DNA of 61,715 nucleotides, counting the filler, from Thermodesulfobacteriota bacterium (GTDB lineage: Bacteria > DASVDK01), in the NCBI GenBank assembly GCA_036381125.1. It is 6 parts of 6 records of this genome, joined end to end, with 100 filler letters (N's around TTAATTAATTAA, not from the genome) between each part and the next. Parts side by side here need not be neighbours in the genome. Positions count along the whole stretch, not along the records: positions 1 to 28,497 come from DASVDK010000242.1; 5 more parts are not named here. One strand, given 5' to 3'. Every line of letters starts with the position of its first letter. The first letter of the stretch is position 1. The notes under the pieces were generated by a model that saw only the letters and a program-made list of their open reading frames with translations, ran no database searches and was not told the origin of the DNA. Shown piece by piece: positions 1-9,779 of this stretch. The translations under genes were made by a program, and so were the position numbers.

Positions 1-1
1 C

Positions 2-511
2 GCAGCACGGCTGGCCGGAGCGGGACCGTCGCGGGACGCCGGCCCCTTCCGCGGCTTCGCCGACCTGCAGCCGTGGCTCCAGGTCGCGCCCGGCGAGCGC
101 CTGCTCGTCCTCGGACCCCGAAGCCGACTCGACGCGGCCGCCGCCTCGCGAGTCGTCCGGCACGGCGGCTCGGCGACCGCGTTCGACGGGCCTCCCCCCC
201 TGCCGTTCCCCGACGGGCGGTTCGACGCCTGTCTCGTCGCCGGCCCCGTGGGAGGCCCGGCCGACGCGGCGCTGGTCGGACACGAGCTCTTCCGCGTGCT
301 CGCGCCGGGGGGACGGGCGCTCCTCGTCGGCCCGGTGGCATCGGGCGCGGGCGGCGCCGCCGAGCGGGGCGTGCCGACCGAAGGGGCCCTCCTGGCGCTG
401 CTCGCCCACTGCGGCTTCACGAACCCGACCGTGCTGGCCCGCCGGCGCCCGTCGGCCGACGAGGCCCCGGGCCCGGAGATCCTCCTGCTGCGCGTCACCC
501 GGCCGCGCTGA
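2..511 (+). CDS. Class I SAM-dependent methyltransferase-like protein, 5' partial
   Basis: Frame is open from base 2; contains LPFPDGRFD and [11 protein letters not shown], typical of Methyltransf_11; glycine-rich SAM motif looks degenerate. Confidence 0.55.
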   Translation, partial: AARLAGAGPSRDAGPFRGFADLQPWLQVAPGERLLVLGPRSRLDAAAASRVVRHGGSATAFDGPPPLPFPDGRFDACLVAGPVGGPADAALVGHELFRVLAPGGRALLVGPVASGAGGAAERGVPTEGALLALLAHCGFTNPTVLARRRPSADEAPGPEILLLRVTRPR

Positions 512-527
512 GGGTCGGACGAGGCCC

Positions 528-1013
528 ATGAGCACGAGCCGCCGCCCGCGCCGCCGCTTCGTCGTCCACGAGCACCACGCCTCGCGGCTTCACTTCGACT
601 TCCGCCTCCAGGTGGGCGGCGTCCTCAAGTCGTGGGCCGTGCCGAAGGGTCCCTCCATGGACCCCCGAGTCCGGCGCCTGGCCATCGAGGTCCCCGACCA
701 CCCGCTCGATTACGCGGACTTCGAAGGCGTGCTCCCCGAGGGGACCTACGGAGCCGGCCCGGTCGTCATCTGGGACGAGGGCACCTACGAGACGACCGGC
801 GACGACCCCGGGGCGGCGCTCGAGCACGGCGCGCTCGCCTTTACCCTTCACGGGCGGACGCTGCGCGGAGGGTTCGCCCTCGCCCGCATGGCCGGCGGCC
901 GGACCGGGAAGGAGTGGCTCCTCGTCAAGCGGCGCGACGAGTTCGCGCGCTCCCCCTGGCGCCTCGTGCCCAGGCTCACCGCCGCCGAGGCGCGGGCGCT
1001 GCGGGATCGGTGA
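528..1013 (+). CDS. Stand-alone DNA ligase D 3'-phosphoesterase (LigD PE) domain protein
   Basis: [51 protein letters not shown]. Confidence 0.92.
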   Translation: MSTSRRPRRRFVVHEHHASRLHFDFRLQVGGVLKSWAVPKGPSMDPRVRRLAIEVPDHPLDYADFEGVLPEGTYGAGPVVIWDEGTYETTGDDPGAALEHGALAFTLHGRTLRGGFALARMAGGRTGKEWLLVKRRDEFARSPWRLVPRLTAAEARALRDR

Positions 1014-1094
1014 GCGCGCCCGGGGGAAGGGGTCGGCCCCGACGTTCCCCGCGCCACGCCGGGCCCCCGGGAAAATGGAAAGACCTGACCCCGG

Positions 1095-2084
1095 TCACGA
1101 GTCGCCGCCGAGCGGCAGCTCGAGCCGCCCGTCGCGCGGCGCGAAGGTCGTCCCGAACTCGGCCGACAGGCGCGCGACGCGCTCGAGGATGGCCTCGCGC
1201 TCGTCGCCGGTCGCGATCCCCACGCGCGCGTACGAGAGGCTGACCGGGACGACGTCGAGCCCGACCACGTCGTCCCCCTCGATCGCGAGCCGGAAGAGGC
1301 ACGACCGGTCGTTGCGCAGCACGGGGTCGACGGCGTAGTCGTCGAGGAAGTCGCCGGTGTCGTAGAGGATCGGCCGGCCCCGGTAGACCTCGATGCCCTG
1401 GACCAGGTGCGCGCTGTGCCCGTAGTAGGCGTCGGCGCCCCTGTCGATCACCGCCTGGGCGAATGCGCGGAAGCGGTCGCTCGGCCGCTCGACCATGTTC
1501 GGCCCCCAGTGGTTCGAGAAGACGACGACCCGGGCCCCCGCGTCGCGCGCCGCGCCGATCATCACCTCGACGCTCTCGAGGACGATCGGGTCGAGCGAGA
1601 CCGGGAGGTAGTTCGTCCCGGGCCGGTCGGGCTCGGCCGCGAAGTCCGGCTCGTTGTCGGTCGCCGCCACGAGCGCGATCCGCGTGTCGCCGACGTCGAG
1701 GAGCGCCGGCTGCCTCGCCGCCTCGAGGTCGCGCCCCGCCCCGGCGTGGCGGATGCCGGCCGCGTCGAGGTGGGCGAGCGTGTCGAGGAGCCCCGCCTCC
1801 TCGAAGTCGAGCGTGTGGTTGTTCGCGAGGCTCACCGCGTCGATGCGGGCGGCCGCGAGGACGGCGACGGCCGAGGGGTCGGCCCGGAAGTGGAAGACCT
1901 TGGGCGTCCGCGTCCAGGGGTGCCGATGGGTCGTGATCGCGCACTCGAGGTTCACGACGCGCGCGTCGGCCTCCCGGAGGAGCGGCAGGACGTCGCCCCA
2001 CGGCTCCTCGGGCGTCATCGCCCGGAGCGCCTCGTTCACGCCCCGCCCGAGCATGACGTCGCCTGCCAGCGCGAGGATCGCCAT
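1095..2084 (-). CDS. CapA/PGA_cap family metallophosphoesterase
   Basis: GDVMLGRGV, VNLEC, SLANNHTLDF, HWGPN, GHSAH, GDFLDDY. Confidence 0.9.
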   Translation of the reverse strand: MAILALAGDVMLGRGVNEALRAMTPEEPWGDVLPLLREADARVVNLECAITTHRHPWTRTPKVFHFRADPSAVAVLAAARIDAVSLANNHTLDFEEAGLLDTLAHLDAAGIRHAGAGRDLEAARQPALLDVGDTRIALVAATDNEPDFAAEPDRPGTNYLPVSLDPIVLESVEVMIGAARDAGARVVVFSNHWGPNMVERPSDRFRAFAQAVIDRGADAYYGHSAHLVQGIEVYRGRPILYDTGDFLDDYAVDPVLRNDRSCLFRLAIEGDDVVGLDVVPVSLSYARVGIATGDEREAILERVARLSAEFGTTFAPRDGRLELPLGGDS

Positions 2085-2091
2085 GGCGCCG

Positions 2092-2478
2092 TTACGCCTC
2101 CTCCCAGAGGTCCTTGAGATCGCGCGGGAGCTGGGCCAGGACGTCGTCGGCCTCGCCGGGCGAGATCCGGTCCTTGAGAGCCCCGAAGACCATGAGCGTC
2201 ATCCAGCGCGCCTCGCGCGGCGACCTGAGCCCCGCGCCTCGTCTCACCCGCTCGAGGAACTCGATGAGGTGCATCTTCTCGGGCGTCCGGTTCGGCCGTT
2301 CGCCCGCGTGCCACATCGCCTTCAGCTCGCCGGGAAGCTGCGCCGCGAGCTGGTCGGCCTCCTCGGGCGTGAGGCGGTCGCGCAGCGTGTGGAAGACCGC
2401 CGCCGTGGCCCGCTCGACGACCTCGGGCGGCACCCGGCCCGTTGCGTCGATGATGCGCTGGAAGAACGGCATCGTCAT
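2092..2478 (-). CDS. DUF2267 family protein
   Basis: Start re-called (MTMPFF, GAGGTG RBS); two repeats of LRDRLTPEEADQLAAQLP / LKDRISPGEADDVLAQLP; start overlaps upstream stop. Confidence 0.8.
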   Translation of the reverse strand: MTMPFFQRIIDATGRVPPEVVERATAAVFHTLRDRLTPEEADQLAAQLPGELKAMWHAGERPNRTPEKMHLIEFLERVRRGAGLRSPREARWMTLMVFGALKDRISPGEADDVLAQLPRDLKDLWEEA

Positions 2479-3014
2479 GCTGTCCACCTCTCGCCGACCG
2501 GGAAGACGCGCGAGGCCTGCGGCCCCTGGCGCCCCTCCTCCACCTCGACCTCCACCGGCTGCCCCTTCGAGAGCGCCTCGAACTCGAGGTCGTGCAGCGC
2601 GTTGCGGTGGAAGTAGACCTCCTCGCCCTCCGGCAGCAGCACGAAGCCGTAGCCGCGCTCGGGGAAGAGCTTGTGGATGATCCCCTGAGGCCTCGGGCCC
2701 GGCGGCTTGCCGAAGCGCCTGAGCCGCTCGGCGTACTCCGCGAGTTCTCGCTCGAGCACCTCGAAGGCGGCGTGCAGGGCGTCGGTCATCTTTTCCCCCA
2801 CCTTGTCCACGCGCAGCGTCCGCCCCGGCATCAGGGCGAGGAGCGCGACCTCGTCGGCCCCCTGGCGGTGGTGCCGGTCGTGCTTGAGCGTCACGTGCAG
2901 CCGGACCATGCGCGGGTAGCGCGTCTCGAGGTCGCGCACCCGCGCGTCGATGAGCGTCCGCCAGCTCTCCTGCAGCGGGATGTCGCGGCACTGGTTCTCG
3001 ATCTCGACGTCCAT
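2475..3014 (-). CDS. HPF/RaiA ribosome-associated protein fused to a C-terminal cold-shock domain
   Basis: Start MDVEIEN; S30AE-like N-terminus (DALHAAFEVLEREL); CSD motifs GYGFV, VYFHRNAL, GRQGPQAS. Confidence 0.85.
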   Translation of the reverse strand: MDVEIENQCRDIPLQESWRTLIDARVRDLETRYPRMVRLHVTLKHDRHHRQGADEVALLALMPGRTLRVDKVGEKMTDALHAAFEVLERELAEYAERLRRFGKPPGPRPQGIIHKLFPERGYGFVLLPEGEEVYFHRNALHDLEFEALSKGQPVEVEVEEGRQGPQASRVFPVGERWTA

Positions 3015-3043
3015 GTCGTCTCCTCTCGATCGCCCGCGGGTGG

Positions 3044-4399
3044 TCACGCGGCGCCGTGGCGGCGCCGGGCCTCGCCCGCGGGCGCCAGGTGCTCCGAGAA
3101 CCACGCCACCGTCGCCTCGACGGCCCGCCGCAGGGCGGCCGGGTCCTCGAAGAGGTGGTCGCCGCCCGGCACCACCTCGAGGCGGTGCGGACCGGCCAGG
3201 CGGCCCGCGAGCGCCTCGTTGGCCGCCCGCGTCGGCGTGTCGTGCTCGCCCACGACGAGGAGCGTGGGGACCTCGACGCGCCAGGCGGCGTCCTCCGCCC
3301 CCGCCGGGTTGGCCGACCGGAGCACGAGCGCGCGGATGCGGGAATCGATCGAGGCGCGCAGGAGCGCCACGGCGCCGCCCGAGCTGGCGCCGGCGACGCC
3401 GATGCGCGTCTCGTCGGCGGCCCCTTCGGCGAGGACGGCGTCGATCGCCGCGCCGAGGTCCTCCACCTGCCGCTCGACGGTGCTCTCCTCGAGCGTCCCC
3501 TCGCTCTCGCCGTGCCCGGTGAAGTCGAACAGGCACGCGGCGAACCCCGCCGCCCTGAGCGCCTCGGCGGCCGCGCGGTTTCGCGGGCTCTCCTTCCCGC
3601 TTCGCCACCCGTGTGCGAAGAGGACGGTCGGGAAGGGGCCGGCGCCGGCCGGCAGGAGCAGCTCGCCGGCCAGCTCGAGCCCGCGCGGGTTCCGGAAGGT
3701 CAGCAGGCGGTCGCCGCCGACCCCCCCGCCGCTCCGCGCCCGCCTGGCCTCCTCGAGCATCGCCACGACCTCGTCGTCGGTGACCGGCGAGAAGTCGTCG
3801 TAGTACTGCCCCACCGCCACGAAGGCGTCGTCGACCACGAGGCCGACGAAGCGGCCGGCCTCGCGGCCGAAGCGCCTCGCCGCCTCCACCGACGCGCAGG
3901 GGACGGCGACGATCACCTCGGTCGCACCGTGGCGGCGGGCGTAGCGGACCGCCGCCTCCATGGTGAGGCCGGTCGCGAGGCCGTCGTCCACGAGCACGAC
4001 GGGCGCCGGCAGGTACGTCGCCAGCGGCGGGACGCGGTAGCGCGCCATCCGCCGCCGGATCTCGCCGAGGACCCTCTGCTTCGCCTCCATGACATCGTAG
4101 TCGCCGAGGCCGAGCGCCTCGACGGTTTCCGGCGTCGTGAGCACCTCGCCGTCCTCGTCGACCGCGCCGAACGCCAGCTCGGGCGCGAACGGCGCCGACA
4201 GCTTCCGCGCGTAGGCGACCGTCATCGGGGCCCCGAGCCGCCGCGCAACCGGGAGCGCCACCGCGACCCCTCCCCTCGGGATCGCGGTCACGACGCACCC
4301 CTCGGGCACCGTGCCGGCCAGCTCGGCCGCGAGCGCCTCGCCCGCCTCGGCCCGGTCTCGGAACGTCCGGCGCGCCCCCCATCCGCCTCGTCCGTCCAT
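3044..4399 (-). CDS. Phosphoribosyltransferase fused to an alpha/beta (dienelactone-type) hydrolase
   Basis: FRDRAEAGEALA, PRGGV, VLVDDGLATG; hydrolase GASSGG nucleophile, GEHD, GDHLF. Confidence 0.88.
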   Translation of the reverse strand: MDGRGGWGARRTFRDRAEAGEALAAELAGTVPEGCVVTAIPRGGVAVALPVARRLGAPMTVAYARKLSAPFAPELAFGAVDEDGEVLTTPETVEALGLGDYDVMEAKQRVLGEIRRRMARYRVPPLATYLPAPVVLVDDGLATGLTMEAAVRYARRHGATEVIVAVPCASVEAARRFGREAGRFVGLVVDDAFVAVGQYYDDFSPVTDDEVVAMLEEARRARSGGGVGGDRLLTFRNPRGLELAGELLLPAGAGPFPTVLFAHGWRSGKESPRNRAAAEALRAAGFAACLFDFTGHGESEGTLEESTVERQVEDLGAAIDAVLAEGAADETRIGVAGASSGGAVALLRASIDSRIRALVLRSANPAGAEDAAWRVEVPTLLVVGEHDTPTRAANEALAGRLAGPHRLEVVPGGDHLFEDPAALRRAVEATVAWFSEHLAPAGEARRRHGAA

Positions 4400-4438
4400 G
4401 GTCCTCTTCCTCCTCCTCCTCGGTCGGCACGCCCCGGC

Positions 4439-6214
4439 TCACATCCGGCAGGCGTCCGGGTCGCAGCTCGCGAAGTACTCGCGGCTCTCCGCCCGCTCGC
4501 CCACGCCGAGCGTCAGCACCTGGCGCCCCTTCGACCCCGACCTGAAGACGGTGACCCCCTTGAGCCCCATCCGGTGGGCCTCGAGGTAGGCGTCGCCGAC
4601 CTCGGCGGGCGTGGCGCGCTCGGGGAGGTTGATCGTCTTCGACACGGCGTTGTCGACGTGGGCCTGGAACGCCGCCTGGACCCGGAGGTGGTCGTGCGCC
4701 GACACCTCGGTCGCCGTCACGAAGAGCCGGCGCACCGCCTCGGGGACCCCCGGCACCCCCTGCAGGCTGACGCGCGCGACGACCTCGTCGATCACCCGTT
4801 CGGCGTCTCGCAGGTGGCGGCGCGCGTGGCGGACGAAGAGCGGGTTCACCTCGACCAGCGGCTCGCCCCCCAGGGTGTGCTCGCGCCGGTAGGCGAGCGC
4901 GAAGAGCGGCTCGATCCCGCCGCTCGTCCCGGCGATGATCCCGATCGTGCCGGTCGGCGCGATCGACAGCCGCGTGGCGTTGCGGATCGGCTCCCCCCGG
5001 GCCGCGAAGGTGCTCTCGCCCCAGGCGGGGAAGGGGCCCCGCTCCTCGGCCAGGTCGCGCGACGCCTGCCGCGCCTCCTCGTCCACGAACGTCATGATCC
5101 GGTCGGCCCACGCGACCGACTCGTCGGAGCCGTACGGCACGCCGAGCGCGATCAGGCACTCGGCGAACCCCATGACGCCGAGCCCGACCTTGCGGGTGCG
5201 GCGGGTCGCAGCCGCGATCTCGGGGAGCGGCTCCCGGTTCACCTCGACGACGTCGTCGAGGAACCGGATGCCGATGCGGACGGTCCGCCCGAGCCGCGCC
5301 CAGTCGACCTCGGCCCGGTCGCCGACCGTCCTGACCATGTTGGCGAGGTTGACCGAGCCGAGGACGCAGCTCTCGTAGGGCAAGAGCGGCACCTCGCCGC
5401 AGGGGTTCGTCGCCTCGATGGCCCCGAGGGCGGGTACCGGGTTGGCCCGGTTGACGGCGTCGACGAAGAGCAGGCCCGGATCGCCGGTCGCCCAGGCCGC
5501 CTCGACGATCCGATCGAAGACCACCCGCGCCGGAAGCCTTCGGGCCGTGCGGTTGGTGCCGGGGTGGACGAGGTCGTACTCGCCGTCCGCGCGGACCGCG
5601 GCCATGAACCGGTCGGGGACCGCGACGGAGAGGTTGAAGTTCCCGAGGCTCGTCCCGTCGCGCTTCGCGTCGACGAACTCGAGGATGTCGGGATGGTCGA
5701 CGCGGAGCACCGCCATGTTGGCGCCCCGCCGCCGGCCGCCGAGCTTGACGTGCTCGGTGGCGCAGTCGAAGACGCGCATGAAGGAGACCGGCCCCGACGC
5801 CTCGCCCCCGGTCGAGGCGACCACCTCGCCTCGCGCGCGGAGGGCCGAGAACGAGAACCCGGTCCCCCCCGCCGTCCGCTGCACGAGCGCCATGGCCCGC
5901 ACGGCACCGAAGATCGACTCCATGCTGTCCTCCACGGGGAGGACGAAGCAGGCCGCGAGCTGACCGAGGGGGGTCCCCGCGTTCATGAGCGTTGGCGAGC
6001 TCGGCAGGAAGTCGCGCGCCTCGATCACCGCGGCGAAGGTCTCCTGCCACCTGGCCGCCTCGCGGGCCGAGCCGAGGAGGAGCTCCGCGTGGGCCACCCC
6101 GCGCGCCACCCGCTCGACGAGCGCCTCCGGCGTCTCGACGACCTGGCCCTTCGCGTCGCGCCGCAGATAGCGCGCCGAGAGGACCCGCAGGGCGTTGGGC
6201 GACAGTTCGCGCAT
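4439..6214 (-). CDS. nrdJ: Adenosylcobalamin-dependent class II ribonucleotide reductase
   Basis: PSSPTLMNAG, LAACFV, GGRRRGANM, ATNPCGE, SCVLGS, IAPTGT, AVSKTIN, C-terminal CDPDAC. Confidence 0.93.
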   Translation of the reverse strand: MRELSPNALRVLSARYLRRDAKGQVVETPEALVERVARGVAHAELLLGSAREAARWQETFAAVIEARDFLPSSPTLMNAGTPLGQLAACFVLPVEDSMESIFGAVRAMALVQRTAGGTGFSFSALRARGEVVASTGGEASGPVSFMRVFDCATEHVKLGGRRRGANMAVLRVDHPDILEFVDAKRDGTSLGNFNLSVAVPDRFMAAVRADGEYDLVHPGTNRTARRLPARVVFDRIVEAAWATGDPGLLFVDAVNRANPVPALGAIEATNPCGEVPLLPYESCVLGSVNLANMVRTVGDRAEVDWARLGRTVRIGIRFLDDVVEVNREPLPEIAAATRRTRKVGLGVMGFAECLIALGVPYGSDESVAWADRIMTFVDEEARQASRDLAEERGPFPAWGESTFAARGEPIRNATRLSIAPTGTIGIIAGTSGGIEPLFALAYRREHTLGGEPLVEVNPLFVRHARRHLRDAERVIDEVVARVSLQGVPGVPEAVRRLFVTATEVSAHDHLRVQAAFQAHVDNAVSKTINLPERATPAEVGDAYLEAHRMGLKGVTVFRSGSKGRQVLTLGVGERAESREYFASCDPDACRM

Positions 6215-6253
6215 CGACGCGACTCCTCACGCTCGGCCCGGCCGGCCGTGCCC

Positions 6254-6655
6254 CTAGCCGCTCACCCAGGCGCGCAAGAGGTCGGTCTCCGTGAGGATCC
6301 CGACGAGGCGGCCCTCGTCCACGACGGGGAGTGAGCCGACCCGCAGGTCGAGCATGACGCGAGCCGCCTCCTCGACCGGCCGGTCGGGGTCCACGGTGGT
6401 CACCTCGCGCGACATCACGTCGCGTACGGCGAGCCGCGCCATCGCCTGGTCCGCGGCCTGGACGGAGCCGGGTGTGGCGACCTCGGGCCGCGCGAGCGGC
6501 AGGTCGCGGTCGCTGACGATGCCGACCAGGCGCCCCCCCTCGATCACCGGCAGGTGCCGGAAGCCGCCGCGCCGCATCCGCCGGTACGCCTCCGCGACCG
6601 GCATCTCTGGCGTCGCGGTCTCCGGCAGCGGTTGCATCCATTCCCTCACTCGCAT
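6254..6655 (-). CDS. CBS-pair domain protein
   Basis: Start MRVREWM after AGGAG; RHLPVIEGGRLVGIVSDRD and SLPVVDEGRLVGILTETD. Confidence 0.9.
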   Translation of the reverse strand: MRVREWMQPLPETATPEMPVAEAYRRMRRGGFRHLPVIEGGRLVGIVSDRDLPLARPEVATPGSVQAADQAMARLAVRDVMSREVTTVDPDRPVEEAARVMLDLRVGSLPVVDEGRLVGILTETDLLRAWVSG

Positions 6656-6747
6656 GACTGGTCTCCTTGGCCCGCGCCGAACGTGCCGGGCCCGGCTCGC
6701 GTCACGGCGCGCGTCGGGCGCCCACGCCGGCGGCACTCCTGTCGGTT

Positions 6748-6763
6748 CGCAACGTGGATGCCA
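6748..6763 (-). promoter_or_regulatory. Sigma-54 -24/-12 promoter of the CBS-nrdJ operon
   Basis: Minus strand TGGCAT-CCACG-TTGCG (GG-N10-GC). Confidence 0.8.
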
Positions 6764-6816
6764 GGGCGTGCCGCGGCCGAACCTGCGCGCCCGCGCGCAT
6801 CTCCCGCCGTCGCGGT

Positions 6817-6852
6817 GAGGCATGACCGCCCCACCTGCGGCCCCCGTGTCCC
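6817..6852. promoter_or_regulatory. Tandem palindromic enhancer (UAS) candidate
   Basis: GAGGCA-TGAC-CGCCCC (6817) and GCGGCC-CCCG-TGTCCC (6837). Confidence 0.6.
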
Positions 6853-6871
6853 GTATGGCCGGCGGCTCGGC

Positions 6872-7810
6872 TCACGTCCGGCTCACCAGATCGCGGACCG
6901 GCTCCCCGCGATGCAGGCGCAGGATCGCCTCGGCGAGGAGCGAGGCGACGCCGACCCGCTCGATCGGCGCGGCGAGGTCGGCCGGCGCCTCGACGCTGTC
7001 GGTGACGACGAGACGGCGGATCGGCAGCGGCGCGAGCCGCTCGGCGGCCCGCCGGGGCAGCACCGCGTGCGTCGCAGCGACGACGATGTCCGGCTCGGCG
7101 CCCGCATCGAGCATCGCATGCGCCCCCGCCTCGATCGTCCCGCCGGTGGAGATCATGTCGTCGACGATGATCGGTCTGCGTCCCCGCACCTCTCCGGTCA
7201 GGCCGCTCGTCACGACGTCCGCCGCGCCGACCCGGGTCTTGTGCACGACGGCCATGGGGAGGTCGAGCAGGCGCGCGAACCGCTCCGCCCGGTGGACCGC
7301 GCCGAGGTCCGGGGAGACCACGACGCCGTTGCCGGCCGCCTCCCGGCCGATCGCCTCGACGAGCCGCGGCACGGCGCTCAGGTGCTCCACCGGAACCGGG
7401 AAGGCGCTCTCGATCGCGGCGGCGTGGAGGTCCAGGGCGACGACCCGGTCGACGCCGGCCGTCCCGATCAGCGACGCGACCATGCGCGCCCCGAGCGGCT
7501 CACCGGGGTGCGTCCGGCGGTCCTGGCGCGCGTAACCGAGGTAGGGCACGACGGCGGTGACGCGGGCCGCTCCGGAGAGCCGGCAGGCGTCGGCCAGGAA
7601 GAGGAGCTCCACCAGCCGCACGTCGGCCGGCGGGCTCGTCGGCTGGACGACGTAGACGTCGGCCCCCCGCACGTGCGCCTCGACCTCGACGTGCAGCTCG
7701 CCATCCGGGAAGCGCTCGATTCGGCAGGCGGCCGGCTCGGTCCCGAGGGCGCGCGCCGTGGCGCGGGCCAGCTCGGGGTGGCCGGGTCCGGCGATCAGGA
7801 CCAGCGTCAT
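6872..7810 (-). CDS. prs: Ribose-phosphate pyrophosphokinase
   Basis: Start MTLVLIAG after GGAGG; FPDGE, PYLGYARQDRR, DLH, VVSPDLG, IVDDMISTGGT. Confidence 0.93.
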   Translation of the reverse strand: MTLVLIAGPGHPELARATARALGTEPAACRIERFPDGELHVEVEAHVRGADVYVVQPTSPPADVRLVELLFLADACRLSGAARVTAVVPYLGYARQDRRTHPGEPLGARMVASLIGTAGVDRVVALDLHAAAIESAFPVPVEHLSAVPRLVEAIGREAAGNGVVVSPDLGAVHRAERFARLLDLPMAVVHKTRVGAADVVTSGLTGEVRGRRPIIVDDMISTGGTIEAGAHAMLDAGAEPDIVVAATHAVLPRRAAERLAPLPIRRLVVTDSVEAPADLAAPIERVGVASLLAEAILRLHRGEPVRDLVSRT

Positions 7811-7837
7811 GGCCACGCCTCCTCGGCGCCTTCCGGT

Positions 7838-7853
7838 CGCAACGTCGGTGCCA
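7838..7853 (-). promoter_or_regulatory. Sigma-54 promoter of prs
   Basis: Minus strand TGGCAC-CGACG-TTGCG, near-consensus. Confidence 0.85.
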
Positions 7854-7905
7854 GGCGGGGCGCATCGTAACCGCGCGTCTTCGCGCCGGCCCCACGCGCC
7901 GGGGT

Positions 7906-7941
7906 GCGGCACGCCCGCCTCGCCCGTCGCCTCGATGTCCC
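7906..7941. promoter_or_regulatory. Tandem palindromic enhancer (UAS) candidate
   Basis: GCGGCA-CGCC-CGCCTC (7906) and GTCGCC-TCGA-TGTCCC (7926). Confidence 0.55.
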
Positions 7942-7953
7942 GATCACCGCGGT

Positions 7954-7969
7954 CGGCACGCCGCTTGCG
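7954..7969 (+). promoter_or_regulatory. Sigma-54 promoter of polX
   Basis: CGGCAC-GCCGC-TTGCG, ending 39 bp before the ATG. Confidence 0.75.
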
Positions 7970-8007
7970 GGTCCTCGAGCCGGGCGACGACGCGCGAGGG
8001 GGGGCGT

Positions 8008-9771
8008 ATGAAGAACCTCGAGGTGGCCCGTCTCTTCGACCTGATGGCCGACCTGCTCGAGCTTTCGGGCGGCAACCGCTTCCGCATCCGGGCCTACCGC
8101 CGGGCCGCGCGCAACATCGAGAGCCTCGCCGAGGACCTCGAGACCGTCGCGGCCGAGGGGCGACTCGACGACATCCCGGGGGTCGGCGAGGACCTTGCCG
8201 GCAAGATCGCCGAGTACCTGGCAACCGGTCGGATCCGGGCCCTCGACGGGCTCCGGGCAGCCGTACCGGCCGGCGTCGCCGACCTCCTCGCCGTGCCGGG
8301 GATCGGTCCGAAGACCGCCATGGTCCTCTACGAGAAGGCGGGGGTCCGCACCATCGATCGCCTGAGGGCGCTGGCGCAGGCGGGCAAGCTGCGGGGCCTG
8401 CCCGGCATCCAGGCGAAGACCGAGGCGAACATCCTCAGGGGGATCGCGATCGTCGAGCAGGGCCGGGCGCGCGTGCCGCTCGGGCGCGCGCTCCTCCTGG
8501 CCGAGGACCTCGTGCGGGCCCTCGAGGCGGTCCGCGGCGTCGACCGGGTCGCCCTGGCCGGCTCGATCCGCCGGGGCAAGGAGACGGTCGGGGACATCGA
8601 CATCCTGGTGACCGCCGCCGACCCGAACGCGGTGATGGCGGCCTTCGTCGACCTCCCGCAGGTCGCCGAGGTGCTCGAGCGGGGCACGACGCGGACCTCG
8701 GTCCGGCACCGCGACGGCATCCAGGTCGACCTGCGGGTCGTGGAGCCGGCGAGCTTCGGCGCCGCGCTCCAGTACTTCACCGGCTCGGCCGGGCACAACA
8801 TCCGCATCCGCGAGATGGCCGGCCGGCTCGGTCTCAAGGTCTCGGAGTACGGCGTCTTCCGGGAGGACTCCGGCCGGCGGGTCGCGGCCGCGACGGAGGA
8901 AGACGTCTACGCGGCCGTCGGCCTGCCGTTCATCCCGCCCGAGCTGCGCGAGGACGCGGGCGAAATCGAGGCGGCGCTGGCGGGGAGGCTGCCGTCGCTG
9001 GTCGAGCCGGACGACATCCGCGGTGACCTGCACTGTCACACGCGCGCCTCGGACGGGCACCACAGCGTCGACGAGCTGGTCGCCGCGGCGGCCGCACGCG
9101 GCTACGCGTACGTGGCCGTCACCGACCACAGCGCGTCGGCCACGATCGCGCACGGGCTCTCCCGGGAGGCGCTGCCCGCCCACCTGGCGAGGATCCGCGC
9201 GGCGGAGGCCGCCCATCCCCGCATCCGCGTGCTCGCCGGGACGGAGTGCGACATCCTGCCCGACGGCCGGATGGACTACCCCGACGAGCAGCTCGCCCGG
9301 TTCGACCTCGTGATCGCGGCCGTGCACAGCCGCCTGCGGCAGTCGAAGGCCGAGATGACGCGTCGCATCTGCCGGGCGCTGGCAAACCCGTACGTGCACG
9401 TCCTGGCCCATCCGACCGGGCGGCTCTTCGGCGAGCGGGCCCCGTACGAGGTCGACCTCGACGCCGTGCTCCGAACGGCGCGCCGCTTCGGCAAGGCGGT
9501 CGAGATCAACTGCTGCCCGCAGCGGCTCGACCTCGACGGCACGCACGCGCGGCGGGCGCGGGACCTCGGCGTGCTCGTCGCGATCGACACCGACACGCAC
9601 GCCCTCGATCAGCTCGGCACGATGCGGCTCGGCGTCACGACGGCGCGGCGAGGCTGGGTCGGCCGGGAGCAGGTCGTCAACGCCTGGCCGCTCGAGCGGC
9701 TCCTCGCCTTCACGCGCGGGCCGCGGGCCGGCGCGGCCGCGCCGGCCCGGCGCGCCGCCGGGCGGCGCTGA
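8008..9771 (+). CDS. polX: DNA polymerase X with PHP domain
   Basis: RIRAYRRAA, HhH motifs IPGVG/VPGIGPK, GDIDIL, VDLR, YFTGS; PHP residues DLHCHT, TDHS, DTDTH. Confidence 0.95.
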   Translation: MKNLEVARLFDLMADLLELSGGNRFRIRAYRRAARNIESLAEDLETVAAEGRLDDIPGVGEDLAGKIAEYLATGRIRALDGLRAAVPAGVADLLAVPGIGPKTAMVLYEKAGVRTIDRLRALAQAGKLRGLPGIQAKTEANILRGIAIVEQGRARVPLGRALLLAEDLVRALEAVRGVDRVALAGSIRRGKETVGDIDILVTAADPNAVMAAFVDLPQVAEVLERGTTRTSVRHRDGIQVDLRVVEPASFGAALQYFTGSAGHNIRIREMAGRLGLKVSEYGVFREDSGRRVAAATEEDVYAAVGLPFIPPELREDAGEIEAALAGRLPSLVEPDDIRGDLHCHTRASDGHHSVDELVAAAAARGYAYVAVTDHSASATIAHGLSREALPAHLARIRAAEAAHPRIRVLAGTECDILPDGRMDYPDEQLARFDLVIAAVHSRLRQSKAEMTRRICRALANPYVHVLAHPTGRLFGERAPYEVDLDAVLRTARRFGKAVEINCCPQRLDLDGTHARRARDLGVLVAIDTDTHALDQLGTMRLGVTTARRGWVGREQVVNAWPLERLLAFTRGPRAGAAAPARRAAGRR

Positions 9772-9779
9772 GCCGCGGA

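Noticed and set aside
1095-2084. Poly-gamma-glutamate capsule locus
   Set aside because: No capB or capC nearby and no N-terminal membrane anchor
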